From NCBI RefSeq assembly GCF_030694375.1, contig NZ_JAUXYL010000013.1:62366-126365 (forward strand): a DNA stretch of 64,000 bases, given 5' to 3'. This DNA is from Algoriphagus sp. GTDB lineage: Bacteria > Bacteroidota > Bacteroidia > Cytophagales > Cyclobacteriaceae. The notes under the pieces were generated by a model, which was given only the letters and a program-made list of their open reading frames with translations, was not told the DNA's origin and ran no database searches. Below, piece after piece: positions 10,001-18,877 of the stretch (within the stretch, counting starts at the first letter, position 1; every line of letters starts with the position of its first letter). The position numbers were made by a program, and so were the translations under genes.

Positions 10001-10412
10001 TGCCGAAGGAGCAACTTCCCCGGCACCTGTTACGGTAGCGGGTGATCAGGGTGGTAAAACGCTCGCTCCGGGAATCTATAAATCCAATTCTACACTCCTG
10101 ATTCAGGCAGGTGATCTGACCTTGGATGCTCAGGGTGATCCCAACGCGGTATGGATCTTCCAGATAGCCTCAGGCTTTACCACTGTTGGCGGAGCCGGCG
10201 GAAGTATCATCCTAAGTGGCGGAGCTCAAGCTTCAAACATTTTCTGGCAAGTCGGAAGTTCTGCCACCATTGGTGACAACACCAAATTCAAAGGGAATGT
10301 ATTGGCCTTAACCTCGATCACCATGAATTCCAATGCCACAGTCGTGGGCAGAATGCTGGTAATCAACGGAGCAGTGGTCATGACCAATACAAACATCATC
10401 GAGAAACCTTAA
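7098..10412 (+). CDS. Lipoprotein with 8 Ig-like (Big_5/SbsA-type) domains and a C-terminal DUF3494 ice-binding-protein domain
   Basis: Lipobox IFGSC. Eight P-x-V-x-S-T-x-P...F(S/N)..M...Y.W.F.T modules. C-terminal VDLKTAGRFGIFAATGISN, LAPGIYK, LTLDAQGDPNAVWIFQI, AQASNIFWQVGSSATIG and FKGNVLALTSITM, typical of DUF3494. Confidence 0.9.
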   Translation: MKIPSTKKRFWQTILVALSITTIFGSCQDTFDEMLGICPEVESTSPADKATGVQLNKIIAVTFNEAMNPASIKAEAFSLRVMNSTGGIDVDIPGKLTYDATNNTMSFAPNAPLAPNTTYTGRVEPIVSDVLGNVLQAPYVWTFTTGSAPTVIATNPANMSTGNALNKPITAKFSAKMNPETIKASSFIIKSGTTAIAGVVTYMDSTATFTPSADLLPGTTYTGTITVEAANTDGIPLASEYTWTFNTGAAPSVISVDPKDQEKGVAVNKSISAVFSEMMDGGTINTASFTLKTGMTPVPGTVTYAELTAVFKPFIPLIPNTTYTATISKTVKNPQGIAITGDFVWSFTTAAPDAIVAPLVISTDPTSNAVNVAFDKVIKANFSQTMDLATINGATFLLKQGNTVIPGTVTYSGTTASFTPSSPLSSGLVYTATITTGVKSSAGAALENNYVWNFTTVVSETAAAPTVTSTDPTNNAVNIAFNKVIKATFSQAMDPASITATTFTLKQGNTVVAGTVTYSGTTASFTPNSPLSSGGVYTATITTGAKNTTGIALAANYVWNFTTVVSQTATAPTVTSTDPANNDTGVSLNKVIKANFSQVMDPASITGATFTLKQGNTTVTGTVTYSGSTASFTPNSPLSASLEYTATITTGAKNTSGTALASNYEWTFTTGIPVAPTVTSTDPANNATNVPLNKVIKATFSEAMDPATITGTTFTLKQGNTTVTGTVTYSGTTASFTPNSPLSASLVYTATITTGAKNTAGTALANDYVWTFTTAAAVAPTVTSTDPTNNATNVPLNKVIKATFSEPMNPATITGTTFTLKQGNTTVTGTVTYSGTTASFTPNNPLSPNVTYTATITTGAQNLAGTGLANDYVWTFQTLSQQSANFVDLKTAGRFGIFAATGISNNAGFSQIRNLDVGITPGARSSVTGFPPATIINGAIYASDDASPAGVAAMLIQAKKDLTEAYLFAEGATSPAPVTVAGDQGGKTLAPGIYKSNSTLLIQAGDLTLDAQGDPNAVWIFQIASGFTTVGGAGGSIILSGGAQASNIFWQVGSSATIGDNTKFKGNVLALTSITMNSNATVVGRMLVINGAVVMTNTNIIEKP
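8175..9732 (+). repeat. Intragenic ~300-320-bp repeats encoding Ig domains 4-8
   Basis: Near-identical DNA segments recur, e.g. ACTTCTACCGATCC, AACAAGGTGATCAAAGCCAC, CTGAAACAGGGAAATAC and ACCTATTCAGG. Confidence 0.85.
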
Positions 10413-10422
10413 TTCAAAAAAA

Positions 10423-12432
10423 ATGCAATCAACAACATATCTAACCAAGGGATCACGCACTTCGTGGTCCCCTGATTTTCTCCCGGTCAAAGCCCTGATT
10501 TTAGGGGCATTGTTAATGGGAGGAAGCACGCTACAGGCCCAACAGTATACCAGGCCGGCATGGAAGTTTGGTGCAGCGGCAGGTGCAAACTTTAATTTTA
10601 ATCAAGGACTAACACAGCAGCTAAATTCAAACCTTACAGTCTCAGCGGGATTCAATCACGGTAACGGTGTGGGATTGTTTCTGGGTCCTGTCATCGAATA
10701 TCACCGCCCTGAGTCTAGTTTTGGAATGATGCTCCAGGCGGGATACGACAGTCGAAAAAGCACATTTGACCAGATCACCACTCCCTGTAATTGCCCAGCC
10801 GATTTGTCAACGGATTTAAGTTATCTGACAATTGAGCCAAGCCTACGCTTTGCTCCTTTTAAGAATAACTTTTACCTCTATGCTGGTCCACGCTTTGCAT
10901 TTAACAGAACCAAGGCATTTACCTACCAGTTGGGGATCAACCCGGATTTCCCGGATCAAGCACCTACCCCAGCGGTGAACGGCGAATTCAGCGATATCCG
11001 TGAAAACCTGATTTCGATGCAGATCGGTGCAGGGCATGATATTCATCTTTCATCCCAAAACAGCAAAATACAAACTGTACTTTCCCCCTTCGTAGCTATT
11101 CAGCCTTATTTCGGTCAGAATCCTAGATCTACTGAAACATGGACGTTGACTACACTTCGGGTAGGTGCAGCATTGAAATTCGGAAAAGGACGCAAAATAC
11201 CTGTTGCTGTGCTACCTCCGGCTGCCCCGATTGTGGAACCTGTCTTTGGGTTTGCAGTAAACTCCCCTAAAAACAATCCGGAAACAACCAGTATCATCGA
11301 GACTTTTCCGATCCGAAACTATGTGTACTTCGATGCAGGTTCAACTGCCATCCCAAGTCGTTATGTGACACTTGGGAAAAGTCAGGTGAAAGATTTCAAA
11401 GCAGATCAATTGGATGTATTTGCACCAAGCGAGCTATCCGGCCGGGCTAACCGACAGCTGATGGTGTATTACAATGTGCTGAATATCCTTGGAGATCGAA
11501 TGGTAAAGAATCCTTCGGCGAATATCAAATTGGTAGGCTCTTCGGAGAAAGGCGCTCAGGAAGGTAAAAAAATGTCCGAATCAGTCAAATCCTACCTGGT
11601 AAATACTTGGGGAATAGATGCTTCAAGAATCGCCACGGAAGGGTTGACCAAGCCTAGGATTCCGTCCAGAAGTATAGGCGGAACCCGCGAACTTGATCTG
11701 TTGCTCGATGGTGACCGACGTGTTTCCATTGAAAGCAGCTCTCCTGAATTGCTGATGGAATTCAAAGGTGGATTGGACGCTCCACTGAAGCCCGTATCTC
11801 TGGTAGCACCGGAGGAAAGTTATGTCACTTTCGAGGTCGATGGTGCGAAAGAGGCCTTTAGCTCTTGGACTTTGGAAGTCAAAGATGCACAGGGGAAAAT
11901 CCAAAATTTCGGTCCTTACACTGAGGATAAAGTAAGTATTGCAGGCGAATCAATCTTGGGAAAGAAAGCCGAAGGCGATTATACCGTAACCATGGTGGGT
12001 AGGACTAAAGATGGTCAAACAATCAGAAAAGAAACCCCGGTAAAAATGGTGCTTTGGACTCCTCCTACCAGTGTGGAAGGAAACAGATATAGTGTCATCT
12101 ATGAATTCAACGATGCCAAGGCTATCGCTTCTTATGAGAAATACCTAACCGAATTGGTCGCTCCAAAAATTCCGGCCGGTGGTACAGTGACCATCAACGG
12201 TCATACTGACAGCATCGGAGAAGAAGCACACAACCTCGGGCTTTCCCTTGCCCGGGCAAATGATGTAAAAGGCATTCTGGAAAGAAGCCTGTTGAAGTCA
12301 GGAAGAACTGATGTGAAATTTGTGGTGAACGGATTTGGAGAAGATGAAAAAGTCTCTCCGTTCAAAAACAAGTTTCCTGAGGAACGTGCGTATAACCGAA
12401 CCGTCATCATCGATGTGACCCCGGCCAAATAA
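10423..12432 (+). CDS. Outer-membrane beta-barrel plus OmpA-like peptidoglycan-binding domain protein
   Basis: Signal-like N-terminus and amphipathic strands (WKFGAAAGANFN, LTIEPSLRF, TLRVGAALKFG). C-terminal VTINGHTDSIGEEAHNLGLSLARANDVK...NRTVII. Starts 10 nt after the ice-binding gene. Confidence 0.88.
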   Translation: MQSTTYLTKGSRTSWSPDFLPVKALILGALLMGGSTLQAQQYTRPAWKFGAAAGANFNFNQGLTQQLNSNLTVSAGFNHGNGVGLFLGPVIEYHRPESSFGMMLQAGYDSRKSTFDQITTPCNCPADLSTDLSYLTIEPSLRFAPFKNNFYLYAGPRFAFNRTKAFTYQLGINPDFPDQAPTPAVNGEFSDIRENLISMQIGAGHDIHLSSQNSKIQTVLSPFVAIQPYFGQNPRSTETWTLTTLRVGAALKFGKGRKIPVAVLPPAAPIVEPVFGFAVNSPKNNPETTSIIETFPIRNYVYFDAGSTAIPSRYVTLGKSQVKDFKADQLDVFAPSELSGRANRQLMVYYNVLNILGDRMVKNPSANIKLVGSSEKGAQEGKKMSESVKSYLVNTWGIDASRIATEGLTKPRIPSRSIGGTRELDLLLDGDRRVSIESSSPELLMEFKGGLDAPLKPVSLVAPEESYVTFEVDGAKEAFSSWTLEVKDAQGKIQNFGPYTEDKVSIAGESILGKKAEGDYTVTMVGRTKDGQTIRKETPVKMVLWTPPTSVEGNRYSVIYEFNDAKAIASYEKYLTELVAPKIPAGGTVTINGHTDSIGEEAHNLGLSLARANDVKGILERSLLKSGRTDVKFVVNGFGEDEKVSPFKNKFPEERAYNRTVIIDVTPAK

Positions 12433-12476
12433 GGATTGCCGATCAGTTGGGATCAACCCAACCTAAGCAATAACAT

Positions 12477-12510
12477 GAGACAGTTCCGGGTAGCCGGGAT
12501 TGTCTCTTTT
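12477..12510 (+). terminator. Intrinsic terminator after the IBP-OmpA operon
   Basis: GAGACAGTTCCGG-GTAG-CCGGGATTGTCTC stem (with G-U pairs) followed by a T tract. Confidence 0.65.
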
Positions 12511-12579
12511 ATTTAGGGAGTATTTGCCTGTGGCAGCCAAGCTTTATTCCTCTCAATGCAATGGGCTTGGTGGAGCTTG

Positions 12580-13113
12580 TTATTTTTTTGACTGGTAAAA
12601 AGAGGAGGGACTCAGTCCTGTTACTTTTTTAAACTGATTGGAAAGGTGGGAGACACTGCTGTAATTCATTCTGTCAGAAATCTCCGTAAGAGACAATTCA
12701 TCATACAGTAGAAATTCCTTCACCCGTTCGATTTTGAGAGCGATGATGTACTGTTGAATCGTGATACCTTCCACCTCAGAAAAAATATTGGATAGGTAGG
12801 TATAATCGTAATCAAGCTTTTCACTGATGAAATCAGAATAATTAACCCTTGTGGCATCCTCCCCGGATTGGATCAATTCATTGATGGCGAGCTTGATTTT
12901 ATCAATCAGGATATTTTTTTTATCCTCAAGAATTTCCAAACCTACACGTTTTAGGCTTTCCTTTAGCTCCTCCATCTGATTGCAGGGAATACTGCTTTCC
13001 GTTTCTACGGAGCCAAGGTTGACAGACAAATAAGGGATCCCTATTCTATCCAACTCCTGCTGCACAATCATTTTGCAACGAAGGCTAACCATAAATTTTA
13101 TGTGGATTTTCAA
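12580..13113 (-). CDS. AraC family regulator with N-terminal HMA-like domain
   Basis: N-terminal IKFMVSLRCKMIV..EL..IG (HMA-like). C-terminal YLSNIFSEVEGITI...ELSLTEISDRMNYSSVSHLSNQFKKVTGLSPS. TTG start. Confidence 0.88.
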   Translation of the reverse strand: MKIHIKFMVSLRCKMIVQQELDRIGIPYLSVNLGSVETESSIPCNQMEELKESLKRVGLEILEDKKNILIDKIKLAINELIQSGEDATRVNYSDFISEKLDYDYTYLSNIFSEVEGITIQQYIIALKIERVKEFLLYDELSLTEISDRMNYSSVSHLSNQFKKVTGLSPSSFYQSKK

Positions 13114-13407
13114 GCTGTCATTTTGATTTAATCGGGAATTCCAATCAATGGATTACCGAAAGTCTGCAAGGTACCTGCCAGCCTGCCGGAACGGACCTTT
13201 TGGGCTTAGAATAGATTCTTTTCTGTTAAATCAAATTTTTTTTGGGATGATAATCCGAGGAAGGCACGCTTAATTCCCCACTATGCGATTTTGGAATGGT
13301 TCTCCTGCCAAAAAAATTCACGTTAAACAGAAGCAAATTAAACAACAAAAAGCCCAATGGAATCAGTACTTGATCCATTGGACTTTTGAAATTCAGCAAA
13401 CCAATAC

Positions 13408-14778
13408 TTACTTCTTCATTCCCGGGTAAAGTGTGCTTTCCGGCAAATCCATTTTCAGATTCAGAAGGTAGTCTACCACTGCGGCCACATCTACCAAACT
13501 CATTTCCTGAATCTCCACATTTTCCCTGATTCCGGCACCCCAAGCGATAAATCCGGTTTCGATCTCATCAAAATCAGGAAAAAAACCATGGGTTCCACCT
13601 TTGGCAGGCTTCAAAACGGAACCTTGACTGGACGGAGAAAAAGAAATCCCCTGAATCGAAGCTAAAGCTAAGGCGGCATTGGGATCTGCCCCTACCCGCA
13701 TTAATTCTTCCTGATCTACCACACGGAAAAGCTTCTTTTGATTTTCCGGTAAATTTTCCAAGATTGACTTTACCTTGTTTAATGTTACAAAATCATTTTT
13801 ATCCTTTAAATGCAAGAATGCAGACGCACCACTAGTGTGGAAGGTCGCTTTCCAGTTACCGCGGTCTGGCTGATTTTCCATCAAACCTGCCTCAACAAGC
13901 CAGACGTTTGGACTGATGGAACTGTGAATATTCACAAATCCATGATCTCCGGTGACGATAAAGGTGGTTTGCTCCAAAATTCCGGCACGGTCGGCTGCTT
14001 CAATGATTTTGCCGATGGCACGGTCGGTAGCTGCAAGTGACTTGCGAACCATGGGTCCGTCTCTGCCTTCCATATGCTGGAAATGGTCAGTGGCGATCAG
14101 GTGAAGCGTAATCAGATTCGGCTTATAGGTTTCGAGGATATATCCTGCCATTTCTCCTATTCGATCCTCCCGGTTTAGATAATCTCCATTAAAGGTTCGC
14201 TCATTGAGTTTGCCTAACACATTGAGCTCCATTTCGGCCAAAAGCCCCTTTGGAGTCTCTTTTTCCCGCATGGGTTCGATTCTGCCAAAACCTTCCTCCA
14301 AACTCCAAAATTCGGGTAAATTGTAGTCTATCGGCGCATGGACAGATACGGGCCAGATAAAACTGGCACTTTTAAGCCCCGCAGCCTTGACCGCGTCCCA
14401 AAGCGTAGGCACCTTGATCAATTCGCTTTCCCAAAACCATCTTCCGGTTTGGCCGGTGGGTTCAAAGGGGGCATTGTAATAAATCCCATGGTGCAGGGGA
14501 GTTCGTCCCGTGATGATCGTGGTGTGAGAGGGATAGGTAACCGAAGGAAATACGCCAGTCACACCCAATGATCTTGCTCCTGCTTTTGCCATTTCCTGAA
14601 GATTTGGGGCAGGCCATTTTTCTTCCAGGTAAAAGTCGGGACGAAAGCCGTCAATGGAGATTAAGACCACATGTTGCGTAGGTCTTGATTCTTGAGCATT
14701 CAAAAAGGATGGAGTGGAAAATCCCATTACCATTACCAGTAACAGCGTAAAGAACTTTTTATTTGAGTGATTTCTCAT
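13408..14778 (-). CDS. Alkaline phosphatase superfamily nucleotide pyrophosphatase/phosphodiesterase (NPP type), secreted
   Basis: LISIDGFRPD, VFPSVTYPSH (Thr nucleophile), TDHFQH, VTGDHGF and GTHGF motifs; signal peptide. Confidence 0.9.
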   Translation of the reverse strand: MRNHSNKKFFTLLLVMVMGFSTPSFLNAQESRPTQHVVLISIDGFRPDFYLEEKWPAPNLQEMAKAGARSLGVTGVFPSVTYPSHTTIITGRTPLHHGIYYNAPFEPTGQTGRWFWESELIKVPTLWDAVKAAGLKSASFIWPVSVHAPIDYNLPEFWSLEEGFGRIEPMREKETPKGLLAEMELNVLGKLNERTFNGDYLNREDRIGEMAGYILETYKPNLITLHLIATDHFQHMEGRDGPMVRKSLAATDRAIGKIIEAADRAGILEQTTFIVTGDHGFVNIHSSISPNVWLVEAGLMENQPDRGNWKATFHTSGASAFLHLKDKNDFVTLNKVKSILENLPENQKKLFRVVDQEELMRVGADPNAALALASIQGISFSPSSQGSVLKPAKGGTHGFFPDFDEIETGFIAWGAGIRENVEIQEMSLVDVAAVVDYLLNLKMDLPESTLYPGMKK

Positions 14779-14805
14779 TAATCTGATTGATTTGTAGCAA
14801 TGAAG

Positions 14806-14835
14806 AAGTCCAGCAACTCAAGGGCTGCTGGACTT
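14806..14835. terminator. Intergenic hairpin between the TonB-dependent receptor and the NPP gene
   Basis: AAGTCCAGCA-N10-TGCTGGACTT perfect 10-bp stem. Weak U tract on the minus strand, so possibly a stabilising or processing hairpin. Confidence 0.45.
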
Positions 14836-14850
14836 TTAGATTTGAAATAA

Positions 14851-17800
14851 TTAGAAGAAGAATCTTCCTGAGATTTGAATTTGAAAAGGAGTTCCGCCCG
14901 GATTTGCAACACCTACATTGGGGTTGATTTGATATACATATTGCTGGTTTTGCCGATCAAAGTTTCTTAGCGTCATGAGGTTCTGATTACCCAGATTTTT
15001 TGAAGTTCCCCATTCCTTATTGAACATGTTTGCTACATTGAAAATATCCGCACCAAGTTCAAAACCGGTTCTCTTGACATTGGTAAAGAAAAATTTCTTA
15101 GCCATTCTCACGTCCCAAAATCCAAAGTAGCCATTCTCTCCGCCGTTTCTCTCCGCCACTTTACCCAGGCTGTTTTGAATATAACTCAAAGCCAAATTAT
15201 TTGGGTTAGCAAGCACTTCACGCATAGCATTTGCCACTGATTCTGACAATCCCGGTGCATTCGGATCGAAAACAAAGGCAAGATCATTGCTATTCACGAA
15301 GTCACCGTTCACGTTTCCGTTAACCATCAAAGAATAGCGAGTACCGCCGATTCCGGAGTAGCGGACACCCACAGTGATGCCTTTAAAAGTTGGTAATGTT
15401 CCATAAAGTACCACTTTGTTTCTGAATTGACCGTTTGAATAGCTCATTCTTGAGAGGTCCCTTGGATCATCAACTACAGCTTGGAATAAGGTGGCACTGT
15501 TTGCCACGTTTCCGTTGAAGGAAGTGTTATCCTTTGAGTCATTCCAAGTGTAACTGGCTGTAATCTGGCCATCCTTAAAGTAGCGGTAAGTACCGTCTAC
15601 GACCGCAGTGTAGGTATTATTTCTGCCCTCACTGACCAATTCAAGCACACGGCCGATTTCAGTAGTCTTTCTTCCCCGAGTCCAATCGGCATTGCCATTG
15701 GTAATACTGATGGTTTCGAGCGGAACAAAAACTCCCCTGTTTCCTTCATTCGCCAATCTGAAAAACGGCTCATCCACCATGTTCCGATCCAGATACATGT
15801 AATTGTTTCTGGCAAGCGAGGCTATAAAGTTGACACCGATGCGAAGTCGGTTGTTGATGATTTTATTATACATCGCATTTCCCTTGTATACTGTTGGAAC
15901 CTTTAGGTTTTCACTGTTCATATTGATCGTGGCCACAGGAGAAACACCCGGTAAATTCAATAAATCAACACCCGGAGCAGTGGAGGGATTGTCTCTATAG
16001 GAAATAAAGTTTGGAGTAGGCACGTTTGCACCTGTGATATCCACAGCAACGATTTTAGTCCCGTCAAACTGAAGGTTGTTGACGTCAGTATAGTTGTTTA
16101 GCGCAGATCCAAATACCCCGGCTCCGACACGAATTACATCGGTCTGACGCTCGTTGATGTCCCAAGTGAATTGAAATCTAGGTTGAATCTGAAATGCGTT
16201 GGTCTTCACATCGGTTTTTAATCCTAGCTCATCAAAAACCGTTTGGTTGAAATTTGGAGCATTTTTATATGCGGTGTAATCCCCCCGCAATCCCAAATTC
16301 AAACTCATTCCACGACCTAAGTCCGAATTGGACTGTGCGTAAATTCCTCCTCCAAAGATGCTCTGCTCTACCGTAGGATCGGTCAAGGCAACTTCTCTTG
16401 CGTATCGGAAAGGCCGGAGGTTGTCAAAATTATCCAAGCCCGTAAAGAAGAATCGACCATTGAATTCACTTGTAGCTAATGAAGAAAGATTGTTCAGCAT
16501 CAAGTCCATTCCAAAGGTAAAATTGGTTCTTCCCATATTATAGTAGAGGTTATTTACTAACTGATACACATGGGATTCAAATCGCTCTGGCAGGTAGCGT
16601 TGTCCTCCCAATTGGATGTTGGTATTGACAACCCTGTCGTTCACCTGTGATTGTACGTTTTGTACAATAGCTCTTGGGATATTTTCACTCGGCAGTTGAG
16701 CACTCGGTCTACCATCATCCAAAGTGTACAGGTATTGGAGTTTCAGTTCGTTGGTGAGCTTTGGAGAAAGCACAGTACGAAGCGATGCCATCAAACTATT
16801 TGCTTTGGAGAGATGGTCTCCATACACTTCGTATAGGTTGATTGAAGTGTTGTCATTTACTCCTTGGCTGTTAAGATCCCAGGAAAAGTTATTTCTGACC
16901 GTCAATAGATTCTTGGAATTGATCTGATAGTCCAATCGGGCAAAAGCTGTGTGGGAATACCTGAGTTTGTCAAAGCTTCCTGTCTGAGGTGACTCTGCCA
17001 CGCCATATTTGGTTCGTGCTATCTGTAGGTACCGATCCAAAGACTGTCGGGAAACATTGAATCGTGCTTCATCCTCCGGAGTCTGGAGGTCTGCAATAAA
17101 CAAAGGCTGCGCATCCCGCTGCCCATCATAAGCAATGAAATAATGTAGCTTATCCTTGATGATAGGACCACCTAGGGTTACTCCATATTGTTGAATTGCA
17201 AATTCATTTTGTCTAAGGTTTCCACGGATATCATATTTGCTGGCCAACCAGTCCGCCCTGTTGAAAAGGAAAGCTGAACCTTCCATTCGATTTGTTCCGG
17301 TTTTGGTTACCGCACTGATGATCCCTCCTCCATTTCTACCATTCGCAACATCGTAGTCGTTGGTTAAAATTTCAAATTCACGAATAGCTTCCATAGAAAT
17401 TGAAAAAGGCCCTCTGTTTGTCGATCCACTGGAAAGGGGACTACGGTTGGTCATTCCGTCGATGGTATAGTTGGTCGATGAAAACAACTGACCCAACAGG
17501 CTATTTCCGTTGGAAACCGGAGAAAGACCGACCAAGGAATTAAAATTTCTGCCGTTAACAGGTAGCGTGGACATGTCCTTAGCTGAAATAGCTGTCGAAC
17601 TTCCCAAGCGGTCAATGCTATTGGCGATGGAATTTGCGACGACACTGACCTCATTAAGTTCTTGGGCTTCTTCGCTTAATACAAAGTCCAGCTTGATGAT
17701 TTCCCCCTGATTCAGGGAAATTCCAGTCAAGGTTTTTGATCCATATCCCATGTAGGTTGCGGAAACCGAGTAGTTGGTTCCGAGTGGGATTTGGGAGATA

Positions 17801-18021
17801 ATGTAGTTGCCCGTTACTCCTGTCACAGTGGAAGTTGTAAATCCTGTCAGTTCATTTTTGACGAGGATTTGGGCTCCAATCAGGATTTCACCTTTTGAAT
17901 CAGTTAATTTTCCCGATATCGTCGCATTGACTGCCTGAGCAAGTACTTTTTGCGGCAGCAAAATGCTGAAGAAAAGCATCAGCATTACAGATAACATGTG
18001 TGTAAAAGTTTTGAATCCCAT
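14851..18021 (-). CDS. TonB-dependent receptor (Oar-like, with carboxypeptidase-regulatory-like N-terminal domain)
   Basis: ISGKLTDSKGEILIGA, LPVNGRNF, SMEAIREFEI, GGIISAVTKTGTN and TLGGPIIKDKL motifs; terminal aromatic residue (GRFFF). Confidence 0.9.
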   Translation of the reverse strand: MGFKTFTHMLSVMLMLFFSILLPQKVLAQAVNATISGKLTDSKGEILIGAQILVKNELTGFTTSTVTGVTGNYIISQIPLGTNYSVSATYMGYGSKTLTGISLNQGEIIKLDFVLSEEAQELNEVSVVANSIANSIDRLGSSTAISAKDMSTLPVNGRNFNSLVGLSPVSNGNSLLGQLFSSTNYTIDGMTNRSPLSSGSTNRGPFSISMEAIREFEILTNDYDVANGRNGGGIISAVTKTGTNRMEGSAFLFNRADWLASKYDIRGNLRQNEFAIQQYGVTLGGPIIKDKLHYFIAYDGQRDAQPLFIADLQTPEDEARFNVSRQSLDRYLQIARTKYGVAESPQTGSFDKLRYSHTAFARLDYQINSKNLLTVRNNFSWDLNSQGVNDNTSINLYEVYGDHLSKANSLMASLRTVLSPKLTNELKLQYLYTLDDGRPSAQLPSENIPRAIVQNVQSQVNDRVVNTNIQLGGQRYLPERFESHVYQLVNNLYYNMGRTNFTFGMDLMLNNLSSLATSEFNGRFFFTGLDNFDNLRPFRYAREVALTDPTVEQSIFGGGIYAQSNSDLGRGMSLNLGLRGDYTAYKNAPNFNQTVFDELGLKTDVKTNAFQIQPRFQFTWDINERQTDVIRVGAGVFGSALNNYTDVNNLQFDGTKIVAVDITGANVPTPNFISYRDNPSTAPGVDLLNLPGVSPVATINMNSENLKVPTVYKGNAMYNKIINNRLRIGVNFIASLARNNYMYLDRNMVDEPFFRLANEGNRGVFVPLETISITNGNADWTRGRKTTEIGRVLELVSEGRNNTYTAVVDGTYRYFKDGQITASYTWNDSKDNTSFNGNVANSATLFQAVVDDPRDLSRMSYSNGQFRNKVVLYGTLPTFKGITVGVRYSGIGGTRYSLMVNGNVNGDFVNSNDLAFVFDPNAPGLSESVANAMREVLANPNNLALSYIQNSLGKVAERNGGENGYFGFWDVRMAKKFFFTNVKRTGFELGADIFNVANMFNKEWGTSKNLGNQNLMTLRNFDRQNQQYVYQINPNVGVANPGGTPFQIQISGRFFF

Positions 18022-18046
18022 AGATTTTAGCAGGTTAATTAATGCT

Positions 18047-18054
18047 CAAAACTA
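18047..18054 (-). promoter_or_regulatory. -7 element (TAGTTTTG) for the TonB-dependent receptor-NPP operon
   Basis: Exact TAnnTTTG on the minus strand, 25 nt before ATG 18021. Confidence 0.55.
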
Positions 18055-18074
18055 GAGGCTCATTCAGCCTACGG

Positions 18075-18093
18075 CATGTTAAAAATTAACATG
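18075..18093 (-). promoter_or_regulatory. Palindromic operator CATGTTAA-N3-TTAACATG upstream of the TonB-dependent receptor
   Basis: Perfect 8-3-8 inverted repeat 20 nt upstream of the -7 element; matches the phoD site. Confidence 0.65.
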
Positions 18094-18297
18094 GTAGCCA
18101 ATCTTCACGAAAGCTTAAAAGAGGAAACAATTTGGTAAACGTATAGACAGGAAATTTTAATCGACCATTAAGAGATAGAGCATAAACTAAACACTTGTTC
18201 AACTCCAAAAAAATATAAAGCACTCACTTTTGCCAATAATCCAAAGTAAATATTCTTTTCATTAACCCTGTATATTTGAAATACAAACTCATCAAAA

Positions 18298-18729
18298 ATG
18301 GAAAAAGCCAAGAAAACCAAAATCACCGTGCGGGCAGCAATCGATGCCTCTTTGGAAAAAGTATGGAAATTCTGGACCGATCCTGAGCATATCACACAAT
18401 GGAATCATGCTTCCGACGACTGGCATACGACACATGCAAGTAACGACCTCAAAGTGGGTGGAAAATTCCTTTCACACATGGCTGCCAAAGACGGGAGTAT
18501 GGGTTTCGATTTTGAAGGAAGTTACACCAAAATTGAACTTCATGAATCGATTGAATACGCCATGGCAGATGGACGTGAAGTGAAAATATCATTTTCTAAA
18601 AAGGGCAATGAAACTGTAGTGGATGAAACTTTTGATGCAGAAAACACCCATTCAATTGAAATGCAACAAGCCGGTTGGCAAGCCATACTGGACAACTTCA
18701 AAAAGTATGTAGAATCAAAAGAAGGCTAA
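18298..18729 (+). CDS. SRPBCC/AHSA1 (START-like) family protein
   Basis: IDASLEKVWKFWTDPEHITQWN, NDLKVGGKF, MAAKDGSMGFDFEG and EMQQAGWQAILDNFKKYVE. Confidence 0.9.
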   Translation: MEKAKKTKITVRAAIDASLEKVWKFWTDPEHITQWNHASDDWHTTHASNDLKVGGKFLSHMAAKDGSMGFDFEGSYTKIELHESIEYAMADGREVKISFSKKGNETVVDETFDAENTHSIEMQQAGWQAILDNFKKYVESKEG

Positions 18730-18877
18730 GAGAAATTGACTTTCGAAAAGGAATTCAAGCTCCTGTCGACAGGGTCTAGGTAAAGATATTGGACCAGAAT
18801 CAATATAAAGACTGGACTTGTCCTTGCTCCTATTTCAAGGACCCAATCAAAAACTATAGCACGGCTGGGGAAATTCT

